DNA from: Candidatus Odoribacter faecigallinarum
Lineage (GTDB): Bacteria > Bacteroidota > Bacteroidia > Bacteroidales > Marinifilaceae
DNA length: 58,377 nt
Direction of reading: 5' to 3'
Assembly: GCA_019114285.1 (NCBI GenBank)
Contig: DXFT01000021.1
Coordinates: forward strand, 1-58,377
Each line of letters begins with the position of its first letter. The stretch's first letter is position 1. The position numbers were made by a program, and so were the translations under genes. The notes beneath the pieces are model-generated. The model was not told where the DNA came from, searched no databases, and was given only the letters and a program-made list of their open reading frames with translations. This document shows positions 47,928 to 57,400 of the stretch, one piece after another.

Positions 47928-49916
47928 ATGGTGAAGTATGATGTCACATTATCCGACCCGCTGTTAGAGCCATTTAAGCCGGTGATACGTCGCCGGCAGG
48001 AAAAGAGTTTGCTGAAGGAATTGGAGTTTACCGGCAGGGAAAGGCGTTTGTCCGATGTTTTCAATAATCATTTGTATTTCGGGTTGCATGAGACGGCAGA
48101 GGGGTGGGTGTTCAGGGAATGGGCGCCTAATGCCACTGCCATTTACCTTGTCGGGGAGTCGAGCGACTGGCAAAGGCGCGAGGATTTCCGGTTGAGGTTG
48201 TTGGGCAATGGGGTGTGGGAATTGAAATTGCCGAAGGAGAGGATGTGGCATGGGATGTTGTATAAGTTGTGGGTGGTCTGGACTGGCGGCGGAGGTGAGC
48301 GTATCCCGGCGTATGCGAGGCGTGTGGTGCAGGACGATGAGACGAAGGTGTTTACTGTGCAGGCGTGGCAGCCGGAACGCCCGTATGAGTGGAAGTATCC
48401 GAAGGTGGGGCGCATTAACCATCCGCTGATTTATGAAGCTCACGTGGGGATGTGCATGGAGAACCGGCGCGTTTCGACGTTCAATGAGTTCCGGGCTTAC
48501 GTGTTGCCGAGGATTGTGGAGTTGGGGTACAATGCCATTCAGTTGATGGGGATACAGGAGCATCCGTATTATGGTTCATTCGGTTATCAGGTGTCGAGTT
48601 TTTATGCCGTCAGTTCGCGTTTCGGGACGCCGGAGGATTTGAAGCGGCTGATTGACGAGGCGCACGGGTTTGGCATCGGGGTGGTGATGGATTTGGTGCA
48701 TTCGCATTCCGTGAGGAACGAGGCGGAGGGGTTGGGTTGTTTCGCGGGGGACGAGAGCCAGTATTTTTATCCGGGGGAACGGGGGGAGCATAAGTTGTGG
48801 AATTCCCGCTGTTTTGATTACGGGAAGAATGAGGTTGTCAGTTTTTTGCTGTCGAACTGCAAGTATTGGCTGGAGGAGTTCCATTTTGACGGTTTCCGCT
48901 TTGACGGGGTGACGAGCATGTTGTATTGGGACCATGGCGTGGGACGGGATTTTACGGAGTATAAGTTTTATTACGACGGGAATGAGGACGAGGACGCCAT
49001 AACGTACCTGACGTTGGCGAACAAGTTGTGCCACGAGGTGGACAGCGGTGTGATTACCATTGCCGAGGACATGAGCGGGATGCCCGGCTTGGCGGAGAAG
49101 GCGGAGGACGGGGGAATGGGGTTTGATTTCCGGATGAGCATGGGGGTGCCTGATTATTGGATTAAACTGGTGAAGGAAAAGCGGGACGAGGAATGGCATG
49201 TGGGGGATATGTTTTATGAGTTGACGAACAAGCGGAAGGAGGAGCATACGATTAGTTACGCAGAGAGCCACGACCAGGCGATGGTGGGGGACAAGACGTT
49301 GTTTTTCAGGTTGGTGGACAAGGAAGTTTATACCTCGATGAGCGTGTTTGACCATAGCCTGGTGATTGACCGGGGGATGGCGTTGCACAAGATGATTCGT
49401 TTGTTGACGATATCGACGGCTGGAGACGGGTATTTGAATTTTATGGGCAATGAATTTGGTCATCCGGAATGGATAGATTTTCCGAGGGAGGGGAACGGTT
49501 GGAGTTATGAGCATGCGAGGCGGCAGTGGAGCCTGGTGGATGACAAGGATTTGCGTTTCCGTTTTTTGAACGAGTTTGACAAGGCGATGATTGCTTTGGC
49601 AAGGGAGGAGTCTTTCTTTGAACCGGTGCCGCAGCCTGTGGTGAGGGACAATGGGAGGCAGGTGTTGGTGTTCGGACGTGGGGATTTCCTGTTTGTATTC
49701 AATTTTAACCCTTCTGCGTCGTTTCCCGATTATGCCTTTGAAGTGGCGGCAGGGAAGTATGTGACGGTGCTGGACACGGACAGCCTCCGTTTTGGCGGGT
49801 TTGGGAGAATTGATGATTGCCAGGAGCATTTTACCCTGTATGAGGGGGGCAGGCATGTGTTGAGTTTGTATGTGCCCGCGCGGGCGGGGTTTGTTTTGAA
49901 AAGGATTGTAGAATAG
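47928..49916 (+). CDS. glgB: 1,4-alpha-glucan branching enzyme (GH13)
   Basis: REWAPNA, IYEAHVG, SFGYQV, DGFRFDGVTSM, IAED, YAESHDQ. Confidence 0.94.
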   Translation: MVKYDVTLSDPLLEPFKPVIRRRQEKSLLKELEFTGRERRLSDVFNNHLYFGLHETAEGWVFREWAPNATAIYLVGESSDWQRREDFRLRLLGNGVWELKLPKERMWHGMLYKLWVVWTGGGGERIPAYARRVVQDDETKVFTVQAWQPERPYEWKYPKVGRINHPLIYEAHVGMCMENRRVSTFNEFRAYVLPRIVELGYNAIQLMGIQEHPYYGSFGYQVSSFYAVSSRFGTPEDLKRLIDEAHGFGIGVVMDLVHSHSVRNEAEGLGCFAGDESQYFYPGERGEHKLWNSRCFDYGKNEVVSFLLSNCKYWLEEFHFDGFRFDGVTSMLYWDHGVGRDFTEYKFYYDGNEDEDAITYLTLANKLCHEVDSGVITIAEDMSGMPGLAEKAEDGGMGFDFRMSMGVPDYWIKLVKEKRDEEWHVGDMFYELTNKRKEEHTISYAESHDQAMVGDKTLFFRLVDKEVYTSMSVFDHSLVIDRGMALHKMIRLLTISTAGDGYLNFMGNEFGHPEWIDFPREGNGWSYEHARRQWSLVDDKDLRFRFLNEFDKAMIALAREESFFEPVPQPVVRDNGRQVLVFGRGDFLFVFNFNPSASFPDYAFEVAAGKYVTVLDTDSLRFGGFGRIDDCQEHFTLYEGGRHVLSLYVPARAGFVLKRIVE

Positions 49917-49938
49917 TTTTGAGATTAAATAGGATATT

Positions 49939-51894
49939 ATGGCATATTTGAAGTTTAATAAAGACGAGTTGGTCAATCTGGAATATTCGCTGAAGCGCGA
50001 GGTGCTTGCCACGAATCGTGCGGGCGGGTATATGTCTTCTACGATTATTTGTTGCAATACGAGGAAGTATCATGGGCTTCTGATAGTCCCGATAAAGGAG
50101 TTTAATGACGAGAACCATGTGTTGTTGTCTTCGTTGGACGAGACGGTGGTGCAGCACGGTCAGGCGTTTAATTTGGGGATACACAAGTATCCGGGGAATT
50201 ATGAGCCGCGTGGTCACAAGTATATTGTGGATTTTGAATATGAGCCTGTGTTTACGTTGACGTACCGGGTGGGGGGCGTGTTGTTGAAGAAGGAGATTGT
50301 GTTGGTGCATAACGAAGAACAGTTGCTTATCCGTTACACGTTGCTCGACGCCCATTCGGAGACGTGGTTGCGGTTAAAGCCGTTCTTGGCTTACCGGAAT
50401 GTGCATGCGCTGTCGAAGGCGAATATGATGGCGAATACGAAGTACCAGCCCGTGGAGAACGGGATTTGCTCGAAGCTGTATAACGGTTTCCCGCCGTTGA
50501 ACATGCAGGTGAGCAAGAAGAATGAGTTTGTGGCGACGCCGGATTGGTATTATAATGTGGAGTATATGGAGGAGGAGCGGAGGGGATATGATTTCCGGGA
50601 GGATTTGTTTGTTCCCGGTTATTTTGAGTTTCCCATCAAGAAGGGGGAGAGTGTTATCTTTTCGGCATCGGTGGAGTGTGTCGCACCTGGCCGTTTGAAG
50701 AAGAAGTTCGATAAATTGGTAGAGGAACGGGCGCCGCGTAACAGTTTTGAGAATTGCCTGAAGTATTCGGCTTCGCAGTTTGTCGTAAAGAGGGGGAAGG
50801 ATACGGATATTATTGCGGGTTACCCGTGGTTCGGACGTTGGGGCAGGGATACGTTCATTGCCTTGCCGGGAGTGACGTTGTCTGCAGCCAGTGACACGAA
50901 AACCTGCAAGGAGGTGCTGGATACGATGTCCCGGCAATTGAACAACGGTTTGTTCCCTAATATCGGAAAGGAGAAGGCTGCCGCTTATAATTCGGTGGAT
51001 GCGCCGATGTGGTATTTCAAGGCTTTGCAGGAGTATGGCGCTGCCGTGCATGATGACATGGTGGTATGGAAGAATTACGGCGCGAAGATGAAGGCTATCT
51101 TGAAGGCTTACCGGGAGGGGGTTAATGATTATGTGAAGATGACGGACAAATGCCTGATTTGGGCTGACGAACCGGGAAGGGCATTAACGTGGATGGATGC
51201 CGTGGTGGATGGCGTGCCGGTGACGCCGCGGGGAGGATACCAGGTGGAGGTGAATGCCTTGTGGTATAATGCGATTTGTTATACGTTGAAGTTAGCCAAA
51301 ATGGCAGGCGATAATAAGTTTGTGCAAGAATGGCAGGATATGGCGGAGAAGGTGAAGGCGAATTTTGTGGAAACTTTTTGGTATGAGGAGATGTCTTATT
51401 TGGCAGATTTTGTCGATGGGGAGGGACAAAACCTGTTTGTCCGTCCGAATCAGGTGATAGCCTGCTCGTTGGAATATAGCCCGCTGACGGATGAGATGAA
51501 ACGGGGAGTGCTGGATATTGTGGGTAATATGTTAGTGACTCCAAAAGGGTTGCGGACGTTATCCCCTCGCAATCCACTTTATGAGGGGAGGTATGAGGGT
51601 GACCAGGCAACGCGGGACAGGGAGTATCACCAAGGTACGGTGTGGCCTTGGTTGATTGGACCGTATATAGAGGCGAATTTCCGTTTGTATGGCAAGAAGT
51701 TTGTAAAGACGGCAAAGGAGCTGTTGGCAGGATTTGAAGAGGATATTGCTTATTACGGGGTATGTTCTATCGGGGAGGTGTATGACGGTAATCCTCCTTA
51801 TATGCCGAACGGTTCGATTTCACAGGCTTGGAGTGTCGGGGAAGTGTTAAGGTGCATGGCTATGGTGAAGAGATATGAGAAAATGAAAGAGTAA
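49939..51894 (+). CDS. Glycogen debranching enzyme (amylo-alpha-1,6-glucosidase, GH133-like)
   Basis: NTRKYHGLL, IAGYPWFGRWGRDTFI, TWMDA, VEVNALWYN, YHQGTVWPW, QAWS. Confidence 0.92.
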   Translation: MAYLKFNKDELVNLEYSLKREVLATNRAGGYMSSTIICCNTRKYHGLLIVPIKEFNDENHVLLSSLDETVVQHGQAFNLGIHKYPGNYEPRGHKYIVDFEYEPVFTLTYRVGGVLLKKEIVLVHNEEQLLIRYTLLDAHSETWLRLKPFLAYRNVHALSKANMMANTKYQPVENGICSKLYNGFPPLNMQVSKKNEFVATPDWYYNVEYMEEERRGYDFREDLFVPGYFEFPIKKGESVIFSASVECVAPGRLKKKFDKLVEERAPRNSFENCLKYSASQFVVKRGKDTDIIAGYPWFGRWGRDTFIALPGVTLSAASDTKTCKEVLDTMSRQLNNGLFPNIGKEKAAAYNSVDAPMWYFKALQEYGAAVHDDMVVWKNYGAKMKAILKAYREGVNDYVKMTDKCLIWADEPGRALTWMDAVVDGVPVTPRGGYQVEVNALWYNAICYTLKLAKMAGDNKFVQEWQDMAEKVKANFVETFWYEEMSYLADFVDGEGQNLFVRPNQVIACSLEYSPLTDEMKRGVLDIVGNMLVTPKGLRTLSPRNPLYEGRYEGDQATRDREYHQGTVWPWLIGPYIEANFRLYGKKFVKTAKELLAGFEEDIAYYGVCSIGEVYDGNPPYMPNGSISQAWSVGEVLRCMAMVKRYEKMKE

Positions 51895-51914
51895 CAAATT
51901 GAAATTGGGAGATT

Positions 51915-53201
51915 ATGGAAACAAAAGTATTGATGTTTGGCTGGGAGTTTCCGCCTCATATTGCGGGAGGACTTGGCACTGCTTGTTTGGGTTTGACCCG
52001 AGGGTTGGCGAAGCAGGGGGTGAAAGTCTTGTTTGTGATGCCCCATGCAAGCGGGGATGAGGACCAGAGTGCAGTGAAGATAATCAATGCGAGCGATGTG
52101 GAGACTTTGTATGATTATCGTGATATTGAGGATTACTGGAAGAATATCAGTTTTATGGAGGTGGGGTCGAATTTGATTCCCTATATGGAGCCGGAACGTT
52201 TTGAGCGGGAGGCAAGCAAGAGCATACATGAGAGGACGGAAGAGCATAAGATAGGTTTTAAGAACAAGTATCAGTTTTCCGGGAAATACGGGGTGAACTT
52301 GATGGAGGAGGTGGGGCGTTATGCTGTCGTGGCTGCCACCATTGCCGGTCAACAGCAGTTTGATGTCATTCATGCGCATGACTGGTTGACTTACCCTGCG
52401 GGGATTGCTGCCAAACGGGTTTCGGGGAAGCCTTTGGTGGTGCATGTACATGCGACAGAGTTTGACAGGAGCGGTGAGAATATCAATACTTTGGTGTACA
52501 ATATCGAACGTCAGGGGATGGAAGAGGCAGACCGTGTGGTGACGGTGAGCAATTGGACAAGGGATATCGTCATCCGGCGTTATGGCATCCGTCCGGAGAA
52601 AGTGGTGACCATTCACAATGCGGTGGATTTCCAGTCTTATTCGGATATGAAGGTGGAGCGCGGGGTGAAAGAAAAGGTGGTGACTTTCTTGGGAAGGATT
52701 ACTTACCAGAAAGGACCGGAGTATTTTATTGAAGCGGCTTATAAGGTGCTTCAGCGTTATTCCAATGTGCGTTTTGTCATGGCGGGGAGTGGGGATTTGA
52801 TGGACCGTTCCATCCGCCGGATTGCGAAGTTGAAAATGGCGACTAAGTTTCATTTTACCGGTTTTCTGAGGGGGCAGGACGTGCAGAAGATGTTTGCTTA
52901 CAGTGATGTTTACGTGATGCCTTCCGTGTCGGAGCCTTTTGGCATCTCTCCTTTGGAGGCGATGCGTTCGGGAGTCCCGACCATTATCTCCAAGCAGTCC
53001 GGTGTGGCTGAAGTGCTGAAACATGCAATCAAGGTAGATTTTTGGGATGTGGATGCATTGGCGGATGCGATTTATGCTTTGTTGTCTTATCCTGCTTTAC
53101 CCCAATTTGCTTCTAAATATGGCCTGACGGAGGTAAATGCGTTGAAGTGGGAAAATGCGGCATTTAAATTAAAGCAGATTTATGAAGAATTGAGACGATA
53201 A
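51915..53201 (+). CDS. GT4 family glycosyltransferase (glycogen-synthase-like)
   Basis: WEFPPHIAGGLG, HAHDW, HATEFDR, QKG, SEPFGISPLEA. Confidence 0.9.
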   Translation: METKVLMFGWEFPPHIAGGLGTACLGLTRGLAKQGVKVLFVMPHASGDEDQSAVKIINASDVETLYDYRDIEDYWKNISFMEVGSNLIPYMEPERFEREASKSIHERTEEHKIGFKNKYQFSGKYGVNLMEEVGRYAVVAATIAGQQQFDVIHAHDWLTYPAGIAAKRVSGKPLVVHVHATEFDRSGENINTLVYNIERQGMEEADRVVTVSNWTRDIVIRRYGIRPEKVVTIHNAVDFQSYSDMKVERGVKEKVVTFLGRITYQKGPEYFIEAAYKVLQRYSNVRFVMAGSGDLMDRSIRRIAKLKMATKFHFTGFLRGQDVQKMFAYSDVYVMPSVSEPFGISPLEAMRSGVPTIISKQSGVAEVLKHAIKVDFWDVDALADAIYALLSYPALPQFASKYGLTEVNALKWENAAFKLKQIYEELRR

Positions 53202-53219
53202 CAAATAAAACAAAATATT

Positions 53220-54458
53220 ATGGAAAAGAGAACTTTATGCTTGTATTTCCAAGTGCATCAACCCATTCGTTTAAGGAAATATCACTTTTTCGATATAGGT
53301 AAATATAGTGATTATTATGATGATTTTGCCAACCGTTCTTTTACGAAAAAAATCGCAGAACGTTGCTATCTGCCTGCGAACCGTGTGTTGCTGGAGTTAA
53401 TCAAAAAGTATGGCAAGAATTTCAAAGTCGCCTTTTCTATAACGGGATTGGCTATTGAGCAGTTCCGCAAGTATGCCCCGGAAGTAATAGATAGTTTCAA
53501 AGCATTGGCAGGGACAGGTTGTGTGGAGTTTTTGGCAGAGACTTATTCACATTCCCTGGCATGTTTGGTGGACGAGACGGAATTTAAGCACCAGGTGAAG
53601 CGGCATGCCGATTTAATGAAGGAATTGTTTGGAATGAAGCCTGTCACTTTCCGGAATACGGAGTTGGTGTATTCGGATGAAATCGGGGAAATGGTGGCGA
53701 AGATGGGTTACACAACCATGCTGACTGAAGGGGCACGGCATATATTGGGTTGGAAGAGCCCCAATTATTTGTACACGAATTCCATTAATCCCAAATTGAA
53801 GTTGTTGTTGAAGAATTTCCGCTTGAGCGATGACATTGCTTTCCGTTTTTCGGACAGGCAGTGGGATCAATGGCCATTGACAGCTGAGAAGTATGTATCC
53901 TGGTTGGATGCGGCAGACGGAGAGATAGTCAATCTTTTTATGGATTATGAGACTTTCGGCGAGCATCAGAATGCGGAAACCGGTATCTTTGATTTTCTGG
54001 CGGCTTTGCCGGGACAGGTATTCAGCGCATCGGATTTTGAGTTTCTGACTCCCAAGGAAGCTGCAGCAAAACACCAGCCTGTTGCGCCTTTGCATGTGCC
54101 TTACCCGATATCCTGGGCTGATGAGGAGCGGGATTTGACTGCTTGGTTAGGCAATGAGTTGCAGAATGAGGCTTTTGAGGAATTGTATAAGGTGAGGGAT
54201 AAGGTGAATGCGTTAAAGGATGAATCGTTGACGCATGATTATAATTGCTTGCAGGCGAGTGACCATTTTTATTATATGTGCACGAAGTTGTTTGCCGACG
54301 GGGATATTCACCGTTATTTCACTCCTTATGACACGCCTTACGAAGCGTTTATCAATTATATGAATGTGTTGAGTGATTTTATTTTGCGGGTTGAGCGTGA
54401 ATATAAAGAAAAGAAGTCAAAGACCAATAAGGAAACAAAGAAGATTGTTAAAGGATAA
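53220..54458 (+). CDS. Glycoside hydrolase family 57 protein
   Basis: FQVHQP, CYLPAN, ETYSH, FRNTEL, DYETFGEH, SWAD, SDHFYYM. Confidence 0.92.
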   Translation: MEKRTLCLYFQVHQPIRLRKYHFFDIGKYSDYYDDFANRSFTKKIAERCYLPANRVLLELIKKYGKNFKVAFSITGLAIEQFRKYAPEVIDSFKALAGTGCVEFLAETYSHSLACLVDETEFKHQVKRHADLMKELFGMKPVTFRNTELVYSDEIGEMVAKMGYTTMLTEGARHILGWKSPNYLYTNSINPKLKLLLKNFRLSDDIAFRFSDRQWDQWPLTAEKYVSWLDAADGEIVNLFMDYETFGEHQNAETGIFDFLAALPGQVFSASDFEFLTPKEAAAKHQPVAPLHVPYPISWADEERDLTAWLGNELQNEAFEELYKVRDKVNALKDESLTHDYNCLQASDHFYYMCTKLFADGDIHRYFTPYDTPYEAFINYMNVLSDFILRVEREYKEKKSKTNKETKKIVKG

Positions 54459-54463
54459 GGAAA

Positions 54464-57400
54464 ATGGATAATAATAACTTGAAAAAGCCGGCTTATTTGT
54501 TTGAGGTAAGTTGGGAAGTTTGCAATAAAGTGGGGGGAATTCATACCGTGGTTTCCACCAAGGCGTTGAATATGGTGAAGGAATACAAGGACAGTCATAT
54601 TCTGATAGGTCCTGATGTGTGGCGTTATACGGAGAAGAACCCTGAATTTATAGATGATACCCGTCTTTTTCGTTCGTGGCACCAACATGCTTCCCAGGAA
54701 GGGTTGCGCGTGAAAGTAGGACGTTGGAATGTGGCAGGGCAGCCGGTGGTGATATTGGTTGATTTCAGTACGTTTATTACTCAGAAGGACAAAATCTTTG
54801 CATCGTTCTGGGAAAAATATAAATTGGATTCCTTGAGCGGGCAATGGGATTATATTGAGCCGGCGTTGTTTGGTTATGCGGCAGGAAAAGTGATTGAAAG
54901 TTTTGTCCGTTTCCATGCAGCATTGAGGCAGCCTGTGGTTGCCCAGTTCCATGAATGGATGACGGGGGCGGGCTTGCTTTACTTGAAGGATGCTTTGCCG
55001 CAAATCGGTTGCGTATTTACGACGCACGCCACTGTCTTAGGACGATGTGTAGCAGGCAATAATTTGCCCTTGTACGGGGAAATGAAAAATTATGTGCCGG
55101 AAGAGTTGGCACGTCGTTTTAATGTTATCTCCAAACAGTCATTGGAGAAGGTGTCGGCTGCTAATGCGGATTGTTTCACAACGGTTAGTGACATTACTGC
55201 GGCTGAATGTGCCCATTTCCTGAACAAAGAGGTGGATATGGTGACCCCCAACGGTTTTGAGAATGTATTTACGCCCAAAGAGGAAGAATGGGAAGGAAAG
55301 CGGAAGGCCGGCAGAGAGAAACTTTTGCAGGTAGCCCAGGCATTATTGGGACGCCCGGTGGAGGAGGATGCCGTGCTGGTTGGTATCAGCGGACGTTATG
55401 AATTTAAAAATAAGGGGATTGATGTCTTTGTGGATGCCATGGGGCAATTGAACGGCGATTCTGCTTTGCAGAAAGAGATTTTAGCTTTTGTGTTGGTTCC
55501 GGCTGGACACGGCGAGGTAAACAAAGATTTGTTGCATAATTTGCAGCAACCCAATCAGGCGGTGCAGGTGGGAAATACTTATTTGACCCATTATTTGACG
55601 GATGAAGCGAACGACCCTGTCATGAATCGTATCAGGAGTTTGAACCTGCATAACTCTGTCAATGATAAAGTAAAGGTATTTTTTGTGCCCAGTTACCTGA
55701 ACGGGGACGACGGGGTATTTAATATGCCGTATTACGATTTGTTGATAGGTATGGACTTGACAGCCTTCCCGTCTTATTATGAGCCGTGGGGATATACTCC
55801 TTTGGAGAGCCTTGCTTTTAAGGTGCCGACTTTGACAACCACGCTTGCCGGTTTTGGCCTGTGGGTTAAAGAACACTATAATATGGCACATCCGGGGATT
55901 GAGGTTGTCCGGAGGGGGGATAATGATAATGCGAAGGTCATAACGGCAATCGCAGAATGGGTAAGGAATTACACGGTTGCTGATGGGCAGACGAGGATGC
56001 TTTGGCGGCAAAATGCCAAGAGCGTTTCGCAAATAGCCTTGTGGGATAATCTGATAACTTATTACAGGCAGGCTTATAGTTTTGCCCTTGAGCAGGTAGA
56101 TTGCCGTTTGAAGAACATGCAAGTCCCTGCTGAAGAAAGTGTGTCGTATATAGAAAAGCAATTGACAGTGAACAATCCGAGCTGGGTGAGCGTGATGATT
56201 CATCGTTCTATACCAGAGAAACTGGGGGCATTGGAAGAATTGTGCCAAAACTTATGGTGGTGTTGGCATGACGAAGCAAGGGAATTGTTCCGGATGGTGG
56301 ATGCGGATGTATGGAGGAAATGCGGTCATAATCCCATCGCTTTGCTTGATTCTATTTCGCTTAACCGCTATCAGGAATTGGAAAATGATTCGGAATTTGT
56401 GAATAAGCTCAATGAGGTCTATGGGCAATTCCGGAATTACATGGCGTTGAAGGACCACATGTCAGGTGACGGGGTGGCTTATTTCAGTATGGAATACGGC
56501 TTGCATACTTCCTTGAAAATTTATTCCGGAGGTTTGGGAATCCTTGCCGGCGACTATTTGAAAGAAGCAAGCGACAAGGGCACCAAGGTGACGGCAGTGG
56601 GGTTATTGTACCGTTATGGTTATTTTACCCAAAAATTGTCAGCAAATGGGGAACAAGAGGCGGAATATGACGCCCAGGATTTTATGAAAATAGCCGTTAC
56701 TCCCGTCCGGGATAAAAACAACAACTGGTTGTTGGTTACGCTGGCTTTTCCCGGAAGGAATGTCTATGCACGTATCTGGCGGGTGGATGTAGGACGCATT
56801 GAACTTTATCTGTTGGATACGGATTTTGAGGACAATTTGCCGGAAGACCGGAGCATTACCCACCATCTGTATGGAGGCGATTGGGAAAATCGCCTGAAAC
56901 AGGAGCTGGTATTGGGATGCGGCGGTATCCAGGCATTGCGCAAATTGGGAATCCAGGCAGCTACTTATCATTGCAACGAAGGGCATGCCGCTTTTATCGG
57001 GCTTGAACGTTTGAAAGAATATATTACAGAGGAACATCTTTCTTTCCAGGAAGCATTGGAAGTTGTCCGGGCATCTTCTTTGTTTACCACCCATACGCCT
57101 GTGCCCGCCGGTCATGATGCATTTTCAGAAAACATGTTGCGGACCTATATTTCTCATTATGCTGACCGTTTGAAAATTTCATGGGAACAGTTGCTTGGGT
57201 TGGGAAAAATCAACGTGGCAGACCCTAACGAGAAATTCTCGATGAGTTTCCTGGCAGCCAATCTGTCCCAGGAAGTCAATGGCGTGAGTTGGTTGCATGG
57301 AGAAGTGAGCAAGGAAATATTCAAAGGCATGTGGCCAGGCTATATGCCTGAAGAATTGCATATCAGTTATGTGACCAACGGGGTACATTATCCGACTTGG

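Noticed and set aside
10958-53024. Long antisense ORFs (10958-12229, 15975-17306, 48576-50057, 51798-53024 and similar)
   Set aside because: They shadow well-supported genes on the opposite strand, carry no family motifs and are explained by codon bias
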